Positions 23,546 through 24,512 of a stretch of DNA of 24,512 nt are shown here, in pieces. The stretch covers positions 1-24,512 of the forward strand of contig JAEOUG010000006.1 in NCBI GenBank assembly GCA_016839445.1, read 5' to 3'. Below the pieces are notes generated by a model. The model was not told the DNA's origin and made no database searches. It saw only the letters and a program-made list of their open reading frames with translations. The stretch comes from Candidatus Thorarchaeota archaeon (GTDB taxonomy: Archaea > Asgardarchaeota > Thorarchaeia > Thorarchaeales > Thorarchaeaceae). The translations under genes were made by a program, and so were the position numbers. Every line of letters starts with the position of its first letter. The stretch's first letter is position 1.

Positions 23546-24512
23546 ATGGTCTATGATGTCGTAACTTTTGGCGAAGTCATGCTGAGGCTTTCACCTCCTG
23601 ATTTCATGCGCTTCGAGCAGACGCATAGCTTCAATGCACATGCAGGAGGCGCCGAGATGAATGTGGCAGTTGCGTGTGCGCGCCTTGGGCTGGAGTCAGC
23701 CTACGTCACGAAACTCGGCGACAACTCCATCGGGCATTTCATACGAAACAAGGCCAGAGAACATGGTGTAGACACCTCGCACATCCTCTGGGACTCTGAT
23801 AGCCGGTGCGGTGTCTACTTTGTGGAGTTCGGTGCTGCACCTCGGACGAACCGTGTCATCTATGACCGGAAGGATTCGGCAATCAGCAAGATCAAACCTG
23901 GCGAAGTCAAGTGGGCGGACATTCTCAAGGGTGCCAAGCTCTTCCACACAAGCGGAATCACTCCTGCACTGAGCAAGACATGCGCACAAGCCACGACCGA
24001 GGCGCTCAGGACTGCCAAGGAGCAGGGCTGCAGGATTTCCTACGATGTGAACTACCGTGGGAAGCTTTGGTCTCCAGCAGAGGCCAAGGAGTTCACAGAG
24101 CCAGCATCAGAGTACATCGACATTTTGATCACAACAGAGGAAGACACTAAGGTCGTCTATGGCATTGAGGGGAAAGACTACGAGGATGTGGCAGCGAAAC
24201 TGACGGACAAGTTCGGTTTTGATGTGGTGGTCATCACCCTGAGAGAAACACCCTCGGTCTGGTTGAACAAGTGGTCTGTATTCGCGTACTCGAACGGCAA
24301 GGTGTACCACAGCCCCAAGTATGATGTAGAAGTTGTGGACAGACTGGGTGGGGGCGACTCATGCAGCGCAGGATTCATCTACGGATATCTGGAACTGAAG
24401 GATCTCCAGAAGGCCGTGGACTTCGGATCAGCATTCTCAGCTCTGAAGCACTCTGTGCCTGGAGACTTGGCCTTTGTCTACAAGGAGGAAGTGGAGAAGC
24501 TCATCAAGGGCC
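23546..24512 (+). CDS. kdgK: PfkB-family sugar kinase, 2-keto-3-deoxygluconate kinase-like (3' end truncated by window)
   Basis: Manual translation from ATG 23546: MVYDVVTFGEVMLRLSPP...GGAEMNVAVACARLG...VIYDRKDSA...HTSGITPALS...DVNYRGKLW...VDRLGGGDSCSAG, open to the end. TTTAAG at 23522-23527. Not in the ORF track because it has no stop codon. Confidence 0.9.
   Translation, partial: MVYDVVTFGEVMLRLSPPDFMRFEQTHSFNAHAGGAEMNVAVACARLGLESAYVTKLGDNSIGHFIRNKAREHGVDTSHILWDSDSRCGVYFVEFGAAPRTNRVIYDRKDSAISKIKPGEVKWADILKGAKLFHTSGITPALSKTCAQATTEALRTAKEQGCRISYDVNYRGKLWSPAEAKEFTEPASEYIDILITTEEDTKVVYGIEGKDYEDVAAKLTDKFGFDVVVITLRETPSVWLNKWSVFAYSNGKVYHSPKYDVEVVDRLGGGDSCSAGFIYGYLELKDLQKAVDFGSAFSALKHSVPGDLAFVYKEEVEKLIKG

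Noticed and set aside
1-24512. Selenocysteine/pyrrolysine read-through, frameshifts, CRISPR arrays, IS elements, tRNA/rRNA
   Set aside because: Recognised proteins end at family-typical lengths. No repeat-spacer arrays, transposases or cloverleaf structures were seen by eye.

Overview
Gene-dense archaeal chromosomal window (TTTAA-type TATA boxes, several near-leaderless starts, tungsten-type AOR, Mer-like F420 oxidoreductase, MoaD/SAMP, archaeal-type APC permease). An Asgard (Thorarchaeia-like) or similar anaerobic sediment lineage is my inference, not something the sequence proves. It holds 22 CDSs, nearly all anaerobic catabolic enzymes of unknown substrate. In order: (1) Fe-S subunit + aldehyde:ferredoxin oxidoreductase + LLM/F420 oxidoreductase + MFS; (2) a divergent block of Pol-beta-fold nucleotidyltransferase-like protein > DUF917 > hydantoin racemase opposite calcineurin-like metallophosphoesterase > second DUF917, with an APC permease nearby; (3) a HARE-HTH fused to a catalytically degenerate Mrr domain, and a MoaD; (4) a GlcD-like/GlpC-like flavin/Fe-S oxidoreductase pair and a UROD/MtaA-family protein; (5) RraA-like aldolase and ATC-hydrolase-like genes divergent from aminotransferase > glycyl radical enzyme > KDG-kinase-like PfkB (truncated by the window end and missing from the ORF track). 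No mobile elements, CRISPR, rRNA or tRNA were seen. Best candidates for new biology: the nucleotidyltransferase/phosphoesterase/twin-DUF917/racemase module, a diol-dehydratase-like glycyl radical enzyme with a rewired active site, the dead Mrr, and a possible 66-nt structured RNA with its own TATA box.
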